A stretch of 64,000 bases of DNA from Camelus dromedarius (Eukaryota), in contig NC_087437.1 of NCBI RefSeq assembly GCF_036321535.1, positions 105,402,001 through 105,466,000 of the forward strand, given 5' to 3'. The notes beneath the pieces are model-generated. The model saw nothing but the letters and a program-made list of their open reading frames with translations, ran no database searches and was not told where the DNA came from. The translations under genes and the position numbers were made by a program. Each line of letters begins with the position of its first letter. Position 1 is the stretch's first letter. Below, in pieces: positions 27,300-38,020 of this stretch.

Positions 27300-28844
27300 A
27301 AAAATTCGGAAATAAAGTTGGCATTTGTTTTAATTTCACTTATTTTATAATTAGATAATGAGATTATGTGAGAACTATTATTTTACACTTAGTCAGATGT
27401 TTCTGTTGTTTTAGCTGATTGTCTTGGGAAAAATAGGCTGGATAGGAGTTGGATGTAAAGGAGACATCCATTCTATTAAACCAGCGACAATGCTAAATAC
27501 GTATGCAGAGTAATTTAAAATAGGCAAATATTCCATGATCCTTCCTAAGAATAATACATTGTGTTAATCTTTTCAAATCGCTATGATCTTGTCTCTTTTT
27601 ATACGTATAAAACAGGGATATTTTACGGCATTAGGTTTTAATTTCATAGTATTTTTTCTTTATCTGTTACTTCCGTCCTTATACTTGTGTACTACTTAAT
27701 GTAGGAAGATTACTCCTGAAGAGAAGATCAATTAATCAGTGAACTTTCTTGCAAATGAAATTAGTTGAAAACATATTTTATATGTCAATGTAAAATTGCT
27801 ATTCCAGAACTTGAGTTAGAATATGTTACTTTTCCTTAAAATACGGAATATATTTTAAAATAAGGAAAAGGATGAGGAAGCATAATATTGAGATGGCATT
27901 ATCAGTAGATTTTCATACAAATCTATAAATCATGCTTCAACTCTATGTATTTAGCACATTCCAGTGCTCCCATTATGTTTGAATGATGAAGCAAAATTGC
28001 ATATTTCTACTGATGCATTGCTCTTTTGAAAGGAATAAATTTGAGAGATGACTTTGATTTGCAATGCATACAATTTTATGCAAATATATAATTTTATCAT
28101 AGCATACAGAATGCTTGTCAGCTGGAACAAAAATAGTTCAATATCAACTATGAAAAAAACCATGCTATCTTGGAAAAGTATTCAAATAAAAGTTATGTGT
28201 GTGAAATGTTATGCTTTGGTAATTTATCAGGACAACAGATATATTTAAACCATATACAAATATACTTTTCACACACATTTAACCTAACCTACTAAGTTTT
28301 AGCACATAAGCTTATTAGTTTAAATAGTTTACAAAGTCATCTTATATTACTAATATTAGTAATAATAAGTCAAGTTTTTCCCAGAATAACCATTTTTTTA
28401 AGCTGTGATCACATAGTGGAAAAAACTCAGGGGAAATACTTGGATAATATTATCCTAAAATTATTATCTTAAAAGTATCTTATATTAAAGAAAAAACATA
28501 TCTAAAACATAAAAATAAAATCCAAAGTTTCCTAGCAAAATTTTTATTGATTTTTCTTATACAATAAACTTATTTTTTAATGATCTTGTGACATTATTCA
28601 GTAACAAATGTCTTCATATAATTAATTTATTGATAAATATCCAAGTAACTTCCATATTTGCTGCAATATTTTTTCAAAATTTTATAATGAACACCTCTTT
28701 ATTAGCAGCAGTCCAGTATGCTGATACCACATCCTACCAGGAAATATCGAGCCTCATCTGATCACTAGGCTAATTGTTATGATCATAGTTCTTTTTTTTT
28801 TTCTGATTAAATCTACCCAAATTCATATTGGAGAGCAAATTTCC

Positions 28845-29930
28845 ATCATCCATTCATTCACTCATCATTCATTTGTCCAGGAAACATTAACTGGAGGTTC
28901 TCTACACTTTGGCACTCTCCGGTACGCTGTTTCTAGCAGTGAGGCAAACCCCCAACTGCCCTATGCCACTTACTTTCAGTGGGAATAGACAAATATTAAA
29001 TGAAATACATATTTTAGCTACACAGAAGTTACAAATACTATAGACCTAAGGCAAGGATGAGGAACAGGTTTTCCAGAAGTCAGACAGTTTAATAAGATAT
29101 TATATAGGGGGATAAAAGAACATCTAAGAAAATACTTTATCAAATAACAAAGGGAAATTGATAATGATGTAGTTCTGTAAAGTAAGTGCATTCAAAGTAT
29201 ATGAAAAAGAAAGTGCATTGTTTCTGGATTGGGGGCATAAGTCTATTTTAAAAAAAGGCTTCAAAGAAGTGGGTGAGAGAGAGAGAACAGTATATCAAGT
29301 AAGAGAAATAATTCGGGGATGAACTGTGCTGGGCACTGCAGTTCACTGTATAGATTTTGTAAGTAGGAAGGCAAGAAGGGTAACTATTTGAGGGTTTTCT
29401 ACACAATGTGACTTCTGTTTCAACAGCATCATTCTGACTGCTGTGTTGAGGATAGACTATAAGAGAACAAGGCAACCAGTTACTAGATTCTCTTGGATGC
29501 TGAAAAACATCATGCAGATTCTCCATTGGAGAAAACTCCATTGTTCTCAGGAATAAAGCACTCATTTTCCCACTTCTTGAGAGCGTTGTCTGTTGATAAC
29601 TTCCAGATCGGTCAGTGCCAAAAATCTCCCTTGGCTGAAGGAGGATGCGTCACCTGAGGCTACATGTGGTAACTGAACTTCAGTTCAGTGCATCTCTGCA
29701 GGGTTATCCCAGTCTAGAACTGCCTAGAGAACTGTTAGAGACCTCTTGTAACTGAATCACAGTTCCCTTTTCTCCCTCTACCTGATCATGCTTCTAATTA
29801 TTTTTCATGAGTGTTGTTCTAGAGAGTACTCATCAATAACTGTCTGCACAAATCTCCATTGTAGAGTCTATTGCAAAGGTAGTTCTGCCCATGACAAATA
29901 CTACTGCAATAATCCAGGCAAGAAATGATG
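28845..29930 (-). mobile_element. LINE-2 fragments (3' end at left), interrupted by an LTR16-like element
   Basis: cattcattcactcatcattcatt L2 tail; accagtta...ctgcaataatccaggcaagaaatgatg is split by the LTR. Confidence 0.6.
29498..29897 (+). mobile_element. ERVL solo LTR (LTR16C-like)
   Basis: gtaactgaatcacagttccc...gagagtactcatcaataactgtctgcacaaatctcc...agagtct...atgACA. Confidence 0.65.
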
Positions 29931-29934
29931 CTGT

Positions 29935-31430
29935 GACTGATGACCTTTATGTTGCTAAATCCTGTGATGAATACTTGTCCATCAGCAGGGTTTGACACCA
30001 GTGGTTTCTTTCTTCTCCTGGAGACAATTTATTCACTGGTCTTCAGAATACTGAATTCACCTCATTTTCCACTTCCATATCTGGTCACCCCAGGTCAGTT
30101 TCTTGGTTGATTCTTCTTTACACTCTGGATTCTAAACATCACAGTGCCTGAGTCCAGTCCTTCATTCATGTCTCTTCTGTACTTCTCCTTACTCCCTATA
30201 AATTGATAAAATTTCAGATTTCTTAGTTACTGAGATTAAAGTATGTGCTGTCATAACTGATACTTCCTTTTCTTTCATACACATATTATAGGCCTTTCAG
30301 AAGACCTTGTCCACTCTATATTCAAAATACATTTGAAAGTCAATCCCTTTTCACCACACTGCTGTCTCCACACAGTCAAAGCCACCACCTTCCCACATCT
30401 AGATTATTTTATTGGTTTCCTAACTCATGCCCTTCCTTCCATTTTTGCTGACTCTGCTAAAGCCACAGCTGCCCTTTGATACCTTAAATCAGATCTTGAC
30501 ACTTGTATTTTCAAATTTTCCAGTGGTTGACATTGGACCAAGAGTAAAAACCAATCATTTTATTATGATTTACAAGACCATGATGATCTGCTCCTGAGAT
30601 GTAACTGTTAATTTGATTAAGATTTATTTTCTGTAGGCTGTCCTCCATGAAGAGGAGCTCGATACCTGAAAAACTCTATGGAGACCAGACACTCTACATA
30701 GAAAAAACAGAGCTCTATGGAGCCCAGGTCAAGCACCAAGATTTCATCACAGACTCCTCATCTCGGTGGGATTTGTTCCTGTGTGTGAGATGTGTGGTTC
30801 TGCCTCAGCGAAGGGCAGTGCTGGCAAAATGGAGCTGGGGGGAAGATACTGTCTTATCATATTATTATATCTCAGAACTGATACCAGGTGAGGAGGTGGT
30901 GATTCCTTAGTCACCTGCCTTAAACTAAAGAAGATCTGAGTGCCTTTCTTGAAATCTGTCATCCTGCATTTCTTGATCTCTGTGCACTGCCCCCAAATTG
31001 AGCACTGGGAGCAGTGACCCACACATCCACAGATCCTGTCCATCTCCATGGCTCTTCCTCAGTGAACACAGCTCAAGTAGGTCAACACGTAGGCTGCTTG
31101 GCCATCAGTGCTTGTCCTCAGGGCAGCTCCCTACCTTACTTTGTAGACTTCACCACTTTCCATCCTCCTTTTTCCTTCACTCTGCTCCAGCCTTATTGTA
31201 TCCATGTAGATATTTGTGCCTGACACATAAGATCACCTCTGAGGACCTTTGTTCTTCTGCTCCTTCTACCTGAGATGTTCTTCCTCCAGTGAGCTGGAGA
31301 CCTAACTGCCTTGCTTGCTTCAGAATTTTAAACAAAATACATTTCTCAGAGAGGCCCTCCTGTTATTTTAATGTGCTTTCTCTGACTCAGTTCATTATAA
31401 TTTATTCTTTACCATGTATCACTATTTAAT
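29935..31430 (+). mobile_element. LINE-2 (L2a-like) body and 3' region, interrupted at ~30600-31136
   Basis: tgacctttatgttgctaaatcc...gtcaaagccaccacc...taaatcagatcttgacact...catttctcagagaggccctcc. Confidence 0.7.
30600..31136. mobile_element. Unclassified LTR-like insertion in L2
   Basis: ~540-bp higher-GC block starting TGTAAC that splits a contiguous L2 motif (gatctgctcctg | ttactttgtagacttcacc). Confidence 0.4.
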
Positions 31431-31437
31431 TTCAGAA

Positions 31438-33270
31438 TTGTGTGCTTTTGCTTCTAAAAGCCAGTATCTTTCTCAGAGAACTCTCTATGTCTACCTGAGC
31501 CTAAACTGCAATAGCCAGCAAGACCCAGAAGTGCCTGGTAACTTCCATCTCTCCTGGTACAGCACTTAACACATAACTAACATGTGTGGGAGAATATAAA
31601 TCCCAACAACCTTTTCTCATATCAGAACAAACGTGTAGTCTAACTTATATCCCAGAGCTCAGCAACCTTGCCTGAGGTTCTGCCCTTTTGACTTTCTCCC
31701 CTTCCATATCTTGTTTTCCACATGTCTGCCTTTATTGGTTTCCCTAGGGACATTTTCCTATTAAAAGGCTTGCAAATAAATAGTTGTTTTCTATCTGCTT
31801 CTGGGAAACCTGACTCAAGACAATAATGGAAGTGATTCTAGGGAGTGGAATATACTTAAATGATTCTGAAGTTGGATCTCTCATCAATCAGATAGCAACG
31901 GGTTGACCAATGAATGGTACAAATTTTCAGCATATTGTGTTTTATAACATTACAATTGGTAATTATTTTATGTGTCATCATCTGGGATGAAATACAAATG
32001 TAAGATTCACTGTGTCATGCTCTATCTTTAGCATTAGAGAAATATGGGGGAATGGTAATTACAAGGACTATGGAATTGATTGTTTTCGTTCAACACTAAC
32101 ACATTAAATAAAGAAAATGATAAGCTCAAGTAAGTCAATTAGGAATTGAATTCATGGTAGAAGAGTTATTAGGTTTCTATGTCATCATTTAAGAGACCAC
32201 ATGTTCCTGCACCTGAAGGGAAATTGATGCTGATGATTTTGCCCAAGATCTGACTTTAAGAGTAGCAGAAGTTCTAACTGAATTGTTCTAACTGAATTGT
32301 TTTCTCAGTAAGTCAAAATCAGAGTCATAAATGAAAGAAATAGAACCCTGAGACTTGGAAAGGGAACATCTGAGTAAATGGGCTCAAAACTGTTGAAAAA
32401 CCAGTTTCCTTGAATCCTCTAAACCTGCAGAAGTGGCTGACTTTACTATAGCAGATCCCTGGTCACTGTGAAATGGATTCATCTGAGGCAGATTCCTTGC
32501 AAAACAAAACTGCCCTCCACAAGGTCTTCCACATTCCCTCTTGGCCAAAAAACCAAAACTTGTTATTTAGTCTTTCCATGGCCTACAGAAGCTCTGAAAC
32601 CGGTAAGTGAAGAAAGACATGGAGTTGTTGGACCTGGTTAACATGTACCAACAGGAAACAAACAAACAAAAAACAATCCTGTGGCTACGACTTGCAAGCT
32701 CTAGGCCAAAATATAAGAATGAGACAGAACATAGTCATATGGAGTTTTGTGGTTTGGAGGGAACATAGAATTCAGTGGATTTCAAGAGCACCTGGGGCCA
32801 GCCCTAGTACGCTGTAGGGGTGGCTCCTGGAAGTGGTATGGGCCATAATGAGTGGAGTGAAGTTTCTAGATGTGCCGTGCTAAAGAGTGTGGAACAAATG
32901 AAAAAGCTGAGGGATCGGTCATGCTAGAGTGACTGTGTACTTCAGGATGTCCCCAAGGACACTGGCTTTGCAAAAGTCATAAGGAATGTGCTTGTTAAAG
33001 GCTTGACAGTGGCAGTTGTCTCCAGCCCAAGAATGATGAGTAGGCAGTGATGCTTTGGAGCTAGTGTCAGTGTTGATGTAGAATTCTGAGACTGCAAAGG
33101 CTAGATGCTAGCAACTAACCACTACCCAGAGATAAGGAGCAAATAATTCCCATGACAGTTGGTAGCATCGATACAGTAACTAAGGGGCATTACTCTGCAG
33201 GGATCTGTGGTGATGGCTAAGAGACCATCACAGTTCCTAGGAAAAGATATGAAAAATGCCAACAAGAGTT
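31438..33270 (+). mobile_element. ERVL provirus remnant: LTR16-like LTR (to ~31822) plus gag-like internal sequence
   Basis: LTR ends tctgcttctgggaaacctgactcaagACA, followed by ggaagtgattctagg; internal aattacaaggactatggaattg...gaaaatgataagctca and ctggttaacatgtaccaacaggaa are ERVL-int motifs. Confidence 0.7.
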
Positions 33271-33272
33271 TC

Positions 33273-33274
33273 TG

Positions 33275-33315
<41 letters not shown>

Positions 33316-33318
33316 ATG
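33273..33318. repeat. (TG)n microsatellite
   Basis: About 15 TG units flanked by TA/TATG. Confidence 0.95.
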
Positions 33319-35869
33319 AATCAGCTCAAATTAGGGTCAAGAGGCAATATGGATTTATATTTATTGGTTGACCCCAAATTATAGTAACTCTATTGTTTGT
33401 TAAGAATTATCAAAAAGACATATCTACATATATCTCTGTTAAGATTTTATAATCTTTTGGCCTTTTCTCATTCAAGGATGCCTATGCAAGGGGATGCGTT
33501 GCTTCTTTGTGCAACTGAATTATTCCCTCAAAACACCATTTGAAATGTTAGCAAATAGCATTCTTGATTTTATGGTGACCTTATTGGCCAAGATATAAAA
33601 AGCATTCAGTGGACCATCTTTAGCATACATAGCTCATTGTTATTAATTTCTTTTTCAAAATATATCTATTCCCTTATTCTGGGAAGATGCTAAAGAAGCA
33701 AATGTAACCAAACCTACGACCTGGTAAACAGGTGCCAACGCAAAGTTAGCCACACTTAGTCATTTGTGTTTCAAGGCTCCCAGAAACTCCTTTATTATTT
33801 ATACCTTCCCTTCTGTTCTGAACTCAGTTCTGGAACAAATGGGTAAACCTATATATTTCTTGTTAAGAATATTGCTAAGTCTATCTTATGATAAAAAATA
33901 TACCTTACATTTTCTATACAGATGCATTCAAATGAAGCATTTATAAAATTATACATTTTAAAACTGAGTTGAACCATACTGACTAAGTTGCATTCAATCT
34001 CCATTCCCTGACATTCTTAGAGAAGTAGCGACTGACAGAGAAATATTTCATTTTTGTGGCAGTCTGCTGAACACTAGCTTCTCACATTACTAGTATTATG
34101 TCAGTCCTGAAGCTATTTTTCTGCATGGAAATTGACTTTACACACATTCATAACGGCAGCAGGAAGCCCACGTGTGGCTGTGGAGATGCGTGCCACTTCA
34201 CAGCAAAAAATGAAATATACCCACAAGATGAGCCTTCTTGACAAAACAAGTGCTTCATACTGAAGCTTTTAAGATGTAGATTGAATTTCCATGGGGAAAG
34301 ACTCTGTCTACCTAAACAGTAGAATTCCAATCTAAAAAATAATACAGAAATTCACTACAAAATTTGAAAGAAGAAACGTGTGTGTCCTCAGTAAGTTATA
34401 GTTTGCTTTTAGTTAGAGATTAAAAGAACACATGAACTTTCCCATAACTTTGGAAATTGGAATTCATATCAATGTTACACTTTGGAATACCTGGGTATAC
34501 TCTCAAATTAAGAAAACTTTCTTTTTGTAGTCCTTTAAAAAATAACTTTTGGATTTTTCTCAATGTGTATTGTTTCTTAGGTCAGTCAAACCTTATTATA
34601 GTATTTTTCATAAGAGCCCTGTTTAAATAAAGCTGTCTAATTTCTGAGTGACTTTTATTGACTTTCCTGTTCTTTCCAATCAGAGACATTGTTTTCTACT
34701 GAAAATATATTTTATGCATTAAAAGTTATACTTCATTAAGTAACCTGATAACTAGAGGGTGAGTAAAATGAAATGGTTTTAGAAATATTTTAAGGAAGCA
34801 ATTCTTGAATACGTATGTAATGGAAATATTATTGATTTGAAATTCACATGCCTATCCATGTATCATAGCTAACTGTGTATCTGTACTTTCATCCAACTAT
34901 CTATGAAAACAAAAAAGCATGGCTCATATAATTAATAGTGAAAAAAAGTAGAACTGTTAAGCCCAGTTAAAGTCTGTAAATTAATATTTCAATTATTTTA
35001 GAGTAAAACATTTCTTGAATGGCATGTTTAAATATCCTTTGGATGAAGACTTCTAAGTTTTATATATATAGGTGTATAGTTTCATATACTCTATGAAAGA
35101 AAAATAGATGTGTAAACACAGTATGAACTTCTGAGCTCTCAAAGGTAGACCTGATGAAATATAAAAAATATTTTTGTGATGTAGATTAATTTCAAGTTAG
35201 CATGTTACAGAATAAACTGAAAGAGGCCATCAAATTATAGAATAAAGGTGTGTTCATGTGTAATCTATTCTGAGATATTGATGTACTACAATTTAATAAA
35301 GAGGATACTTTCGTTATCTTTGATGTATTATGAAAACAGAAAGATGGGATGAGAGAAAAAAGGAGAATCTTGTATACTGCCCTTGTGTATCACAAAACTT
35401 TGCTTTGTGATTTGTACGCTACCAAGTTTCACATGGTTCAGAATCATGAACTTATCAAAAGTGTGAATACCCAAAAGATAAAAATATGAACAGTCAAAGA
35501 AAGAAAGATATAAAAACACACGTAAAAAATCCAAAAGGAATTAACATAGGGTTTAAAAAAACAAAACAAACAAAACAAAAAAGTTATTTATCACAAATAA
35601 ATAAATAAACAACAATTAATGACATCTTCTAGTTATAAAGGAATCCTGAAAGTGTCAAAGGAGTACAAACACAGCTGGTTGATCACCTGAATGATACATA
35701 AAAGATGAAGATGAAATGGATCAAAGGCCATGAAGCAGAAAAGAACTTGGAGTCTACTCTGATAGAAGATCATTTGTTATTGTTATTATTAGTGACCTAC
35801 AGCTAAACCCGTAAACAAAGAAAGATGATGACCATATTCTTGTGCACAGGTTTAGATATCCAGATTGTT

Positions 35870-36015
35870 TTTATTTATTTATTCATCTATTCGTTGAATA
35901 AGTATTTACTGAGGTTTCATCATTCATCCACTGTTGTAGGCACCAGGCACTTAAAATCAAATGAGGGTTAGTGTCAAGAAGATTAGTTTTTAGTGAAAGA
36001 GACAAATATTAAACC
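35870..36015 (-). mobile_element. LINE-2 3' end fragment
   Basis: ttattcatctattcgttgaataagtatttactgag...gtaggcaccagg; marks host DNA to the left of the viral-like segment. Confidence 0.6.
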
Positions 36016-36290
36016 CTAAAACCCTTGTGCTTTAGGTAGCTGTAGATAAATGAACACAAAAGGAAGGGTATGAAAAATACAAGAGAGTCAGAAATTTTCT
36101 TAAAGATTACAAAGCCTTGTCAAAAAAGTAAAAGCAATTCATGAAAGAACTAGAGAATTCTGAAAAAAAAAATTAAATACCACATTGCTGTGTGAAAGTG
36201 TTTCAAAATCAAATTAAACAATGAATTTGTATAGTGTATCTAGTTAATGGGATCGTAAAGGGCAGATTGCAGCATCTGGGCTCTTAAATT

Positions 36291-37047
36291 TTATAGGTTA
36301 ATCTGGCATCCAGAATGGCTCGTACAGATCAACAGCCAGTCCTTCATTGTTGGGTGCACTGGGAATACAGAAGGAGTCCTGAAGCCATTAGAGATTCTGC
36401 TCCCCTTCCCCACCCTGATACATATGACCAACTATTGTCAGAGTTTAATGATATAGAAACTTCCCCTCCCATTGACCTTGATATCAACCAAGGTCACGGT
36501 TACAGTGACTCACCTCTTCCTTTTCAAGATTTTGATTTTGGAAAGGAGTCCTCAAAATAATGGTAATCTGTTGCCAGCCATTGCCTTTTTGTCTCTTAGG
36601 TAAGTAATAAAAGACTTAATCACATCATCTTTCTTCTGCTTTTGCTACCTGGGGAGTGGTGAACCCTGGAGAAGATGGAGCATTTTGAGCGGGTTTCACT
36701 TCTTGATGTCAGGACTTAGCTCTGGCCAGCCCTCAGGACTGCATCTGCTGGAGGCATTTCCTCTTGTAACCCATGATCTAGTCATTGATTCAGTGGTCAC
36801 TCCTTACATGCAATGTATGTGGTTTTAGTTGCTATGTGTGAAACCTTTGGGAACAAATATAATTGAATCCCATAAATACTTATGTTTATAAGAGGTCTTT
36901 AATCATATACTAGCCTTTTATGTAGAACTCACACCCCCATCTCATAACAAAACTACAAAACAAACACAAAAAAAGCAAAGTGCAGTGCCATTATTTCAGC
37001 AAAGTTAGCTGGTATAATTAACGAGAGTTTTACAGGAAGATAAGCAT
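36291..37047 (-). pseudogene. VP24: Filovirus VP24-like pseudogene (apparently full length, stops and frameshifts)
   Basis: ATG 37047 to TAA 36291 is ~252 codons (EBOV VP24 251 aa). In order: PANFAE (MARV PANVTE); WGCEFYIKG 36939-36913 (EBOV WAGIEFDVTHKG); W...LFP 36872-36848 (WSMTRNLFP); *PLNQ*LDHGLQEEM 36799-36755 (WALRVILAAGIQDQL); *VLT 36718-36707 (WLLT); IKSFITYL 36620-36597 (ILKFINKL); F*GLLSKIKI 36557-36528 (YNGLLSSIEI); VTVTVT (IIITRT); GRGSFYII (GPAKFSLL). Confidence 0.75.
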
Positions 37048-37291
37048 TGTTAAGCAATAAAACTGTTTAAAGTACTTTTCAAATACACCGTTTAATTTTG
37101 AGCTCACATTGCTAGTGTCTTCTGCTCTATAAGTCCACTCCAATGGTAACTCGTGCATCCCCGTAGGAGCTCGTTACTGGATGCACTGTGCCTCTGGAAA
37201 CCTCAACTCCTGACCTTGATTCTGCTATTTTATAGGCTGGCGTAGCCAAATAACGTTTCATAGCTCTTGCGCAAGCTTATCGTCAACAGGT

Positions 37292-37998
37292 TCAGTAGCC
37301 TTCCCAAGGATAAAATTTAAGAATCCCTGAATGACCTTCAGCCCAGATGTCCAGTATACTAGAAATAACAGCCGTGTAAGAGTGCCTTTGAGCCTCATTG
37401 GCGGGACATTACAGTTAATCATGAACACTTCAGTAAGATTCCAGTGAACTTATGTCTCCCAGTTAGAGAGACTTCATGCACTCACCTGCCAAATTTCTAT
37501 GCTGATGGTAGATCTCAAGCACATTTTTTCAGGAGCCTCCAGAAGTCATTGTGAGGAGACAGCTCTCCCAAGGACCTTAGATATTAGAAGATTATTAGAT
37601 ATGGACATTTTCTGCCCAAACTTTCCCTGACTGCCACACTTTCCTTTGTCTCTTGCTAGCCTTCTTTTCATTCTTTTTCCATCTTTCCGTTGGTTTTAAG
37701 TTTTCAATGGTTAAATTGGTATTCTTAAAAGTTTTTTTCTTAACCTTGATTTTTTTGTGCATCAGAAAGATGAAGGGCATTATATACAAGCCTGCTGATA
37801 CTCAAACCTTGTTACAGACTTGGGACATTGGGGTGTTCTATGTTTTCTTCAATGATTTCAGGTTGGGAAGAATCTTGGCTTAAAAGTATTGTTCAAGTCC
37901 TCCTAATAATTCTAGTTTCCATCCTTGCTGTAGTCACAGGGTTCTCTTTTGCCCTGTACTTTCTCTAGAATCTTAAAATATTCTAAATAGCAATTCAT
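37292..37998 (-). pseudogene. VP30: Filovirus VP30-like pseudogene
   Basis: One frame gives DYSKDGN 37935-37915 (EBOV QHSRDGH), PT*NH*RKHRTPQCPK 37866-37819 (PTVFHKKRVEPLTVPPAPK) and CPSSF*CTKK 37779-37750 (CDSSFCKK). Then, with frameshifts: NLTIENLKPTERW 37717-37679 (KITLLTLIKTAEHW), LGRK/MSISNNLL 37619-37585 (MTRKFSKSQLSLL), VLEIYHQ 37522-37502 (VLEVYQR), DISSL 37456-37442 (DRQSL), TAVISSIL 37375-37352 (AVVVSGL). The start codon is uncertain. Confidence 0.65.
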
Positions 37999-38020
37999 TT
38001 AATAAATAATTGAAATTCAA

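Noticed and set aside
33360..34500. Unassigned unique sequence considered as a continuation of the viral element (L gene)
   Set aside because: Partial minus-strand reading showed no polymerase motifs, and it is separated from the element by ancient host L2.
36090..36120. Similarity to 39509-39536 as a TSD around an EVE+L1 composite
   Set aside because: A gapped, AT-rich match that cannot be distinguished from chance.
36240..36290. SPDAAICPL on the minus strand, resembling the start of filovirus L (YPDARLSSPI)
   Set aside because: Only three identities, no start codon or continuation; host L2 sequence lies shortly beyond.
36315..36560. 81-aa plus-strand ORF (MARTDQQPVLH...) that looks protein-like
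   Set aside because: It lies antisense to the VP24-like C-terminus and has no recognisable homology or gene structure; most likely an antisense shadow.
36660..36700. NPLKMLHLLQGS resembling VP24 LSLKMLSLIRSN (and, with FITYL, a SPOC domain)
   Set aside because: It is out of register with the flanking VP24 motifs, so it was not counted as evidence; the SPOC similarity does not extend.
37255..37350. WAEGHSGI...DKLAQE as a retroviral or foamy-virus RNase H C-terminus
   Set aside because: Upstream RNase H catalytic motifs are absent, and the VP30 alignment explains the region better.
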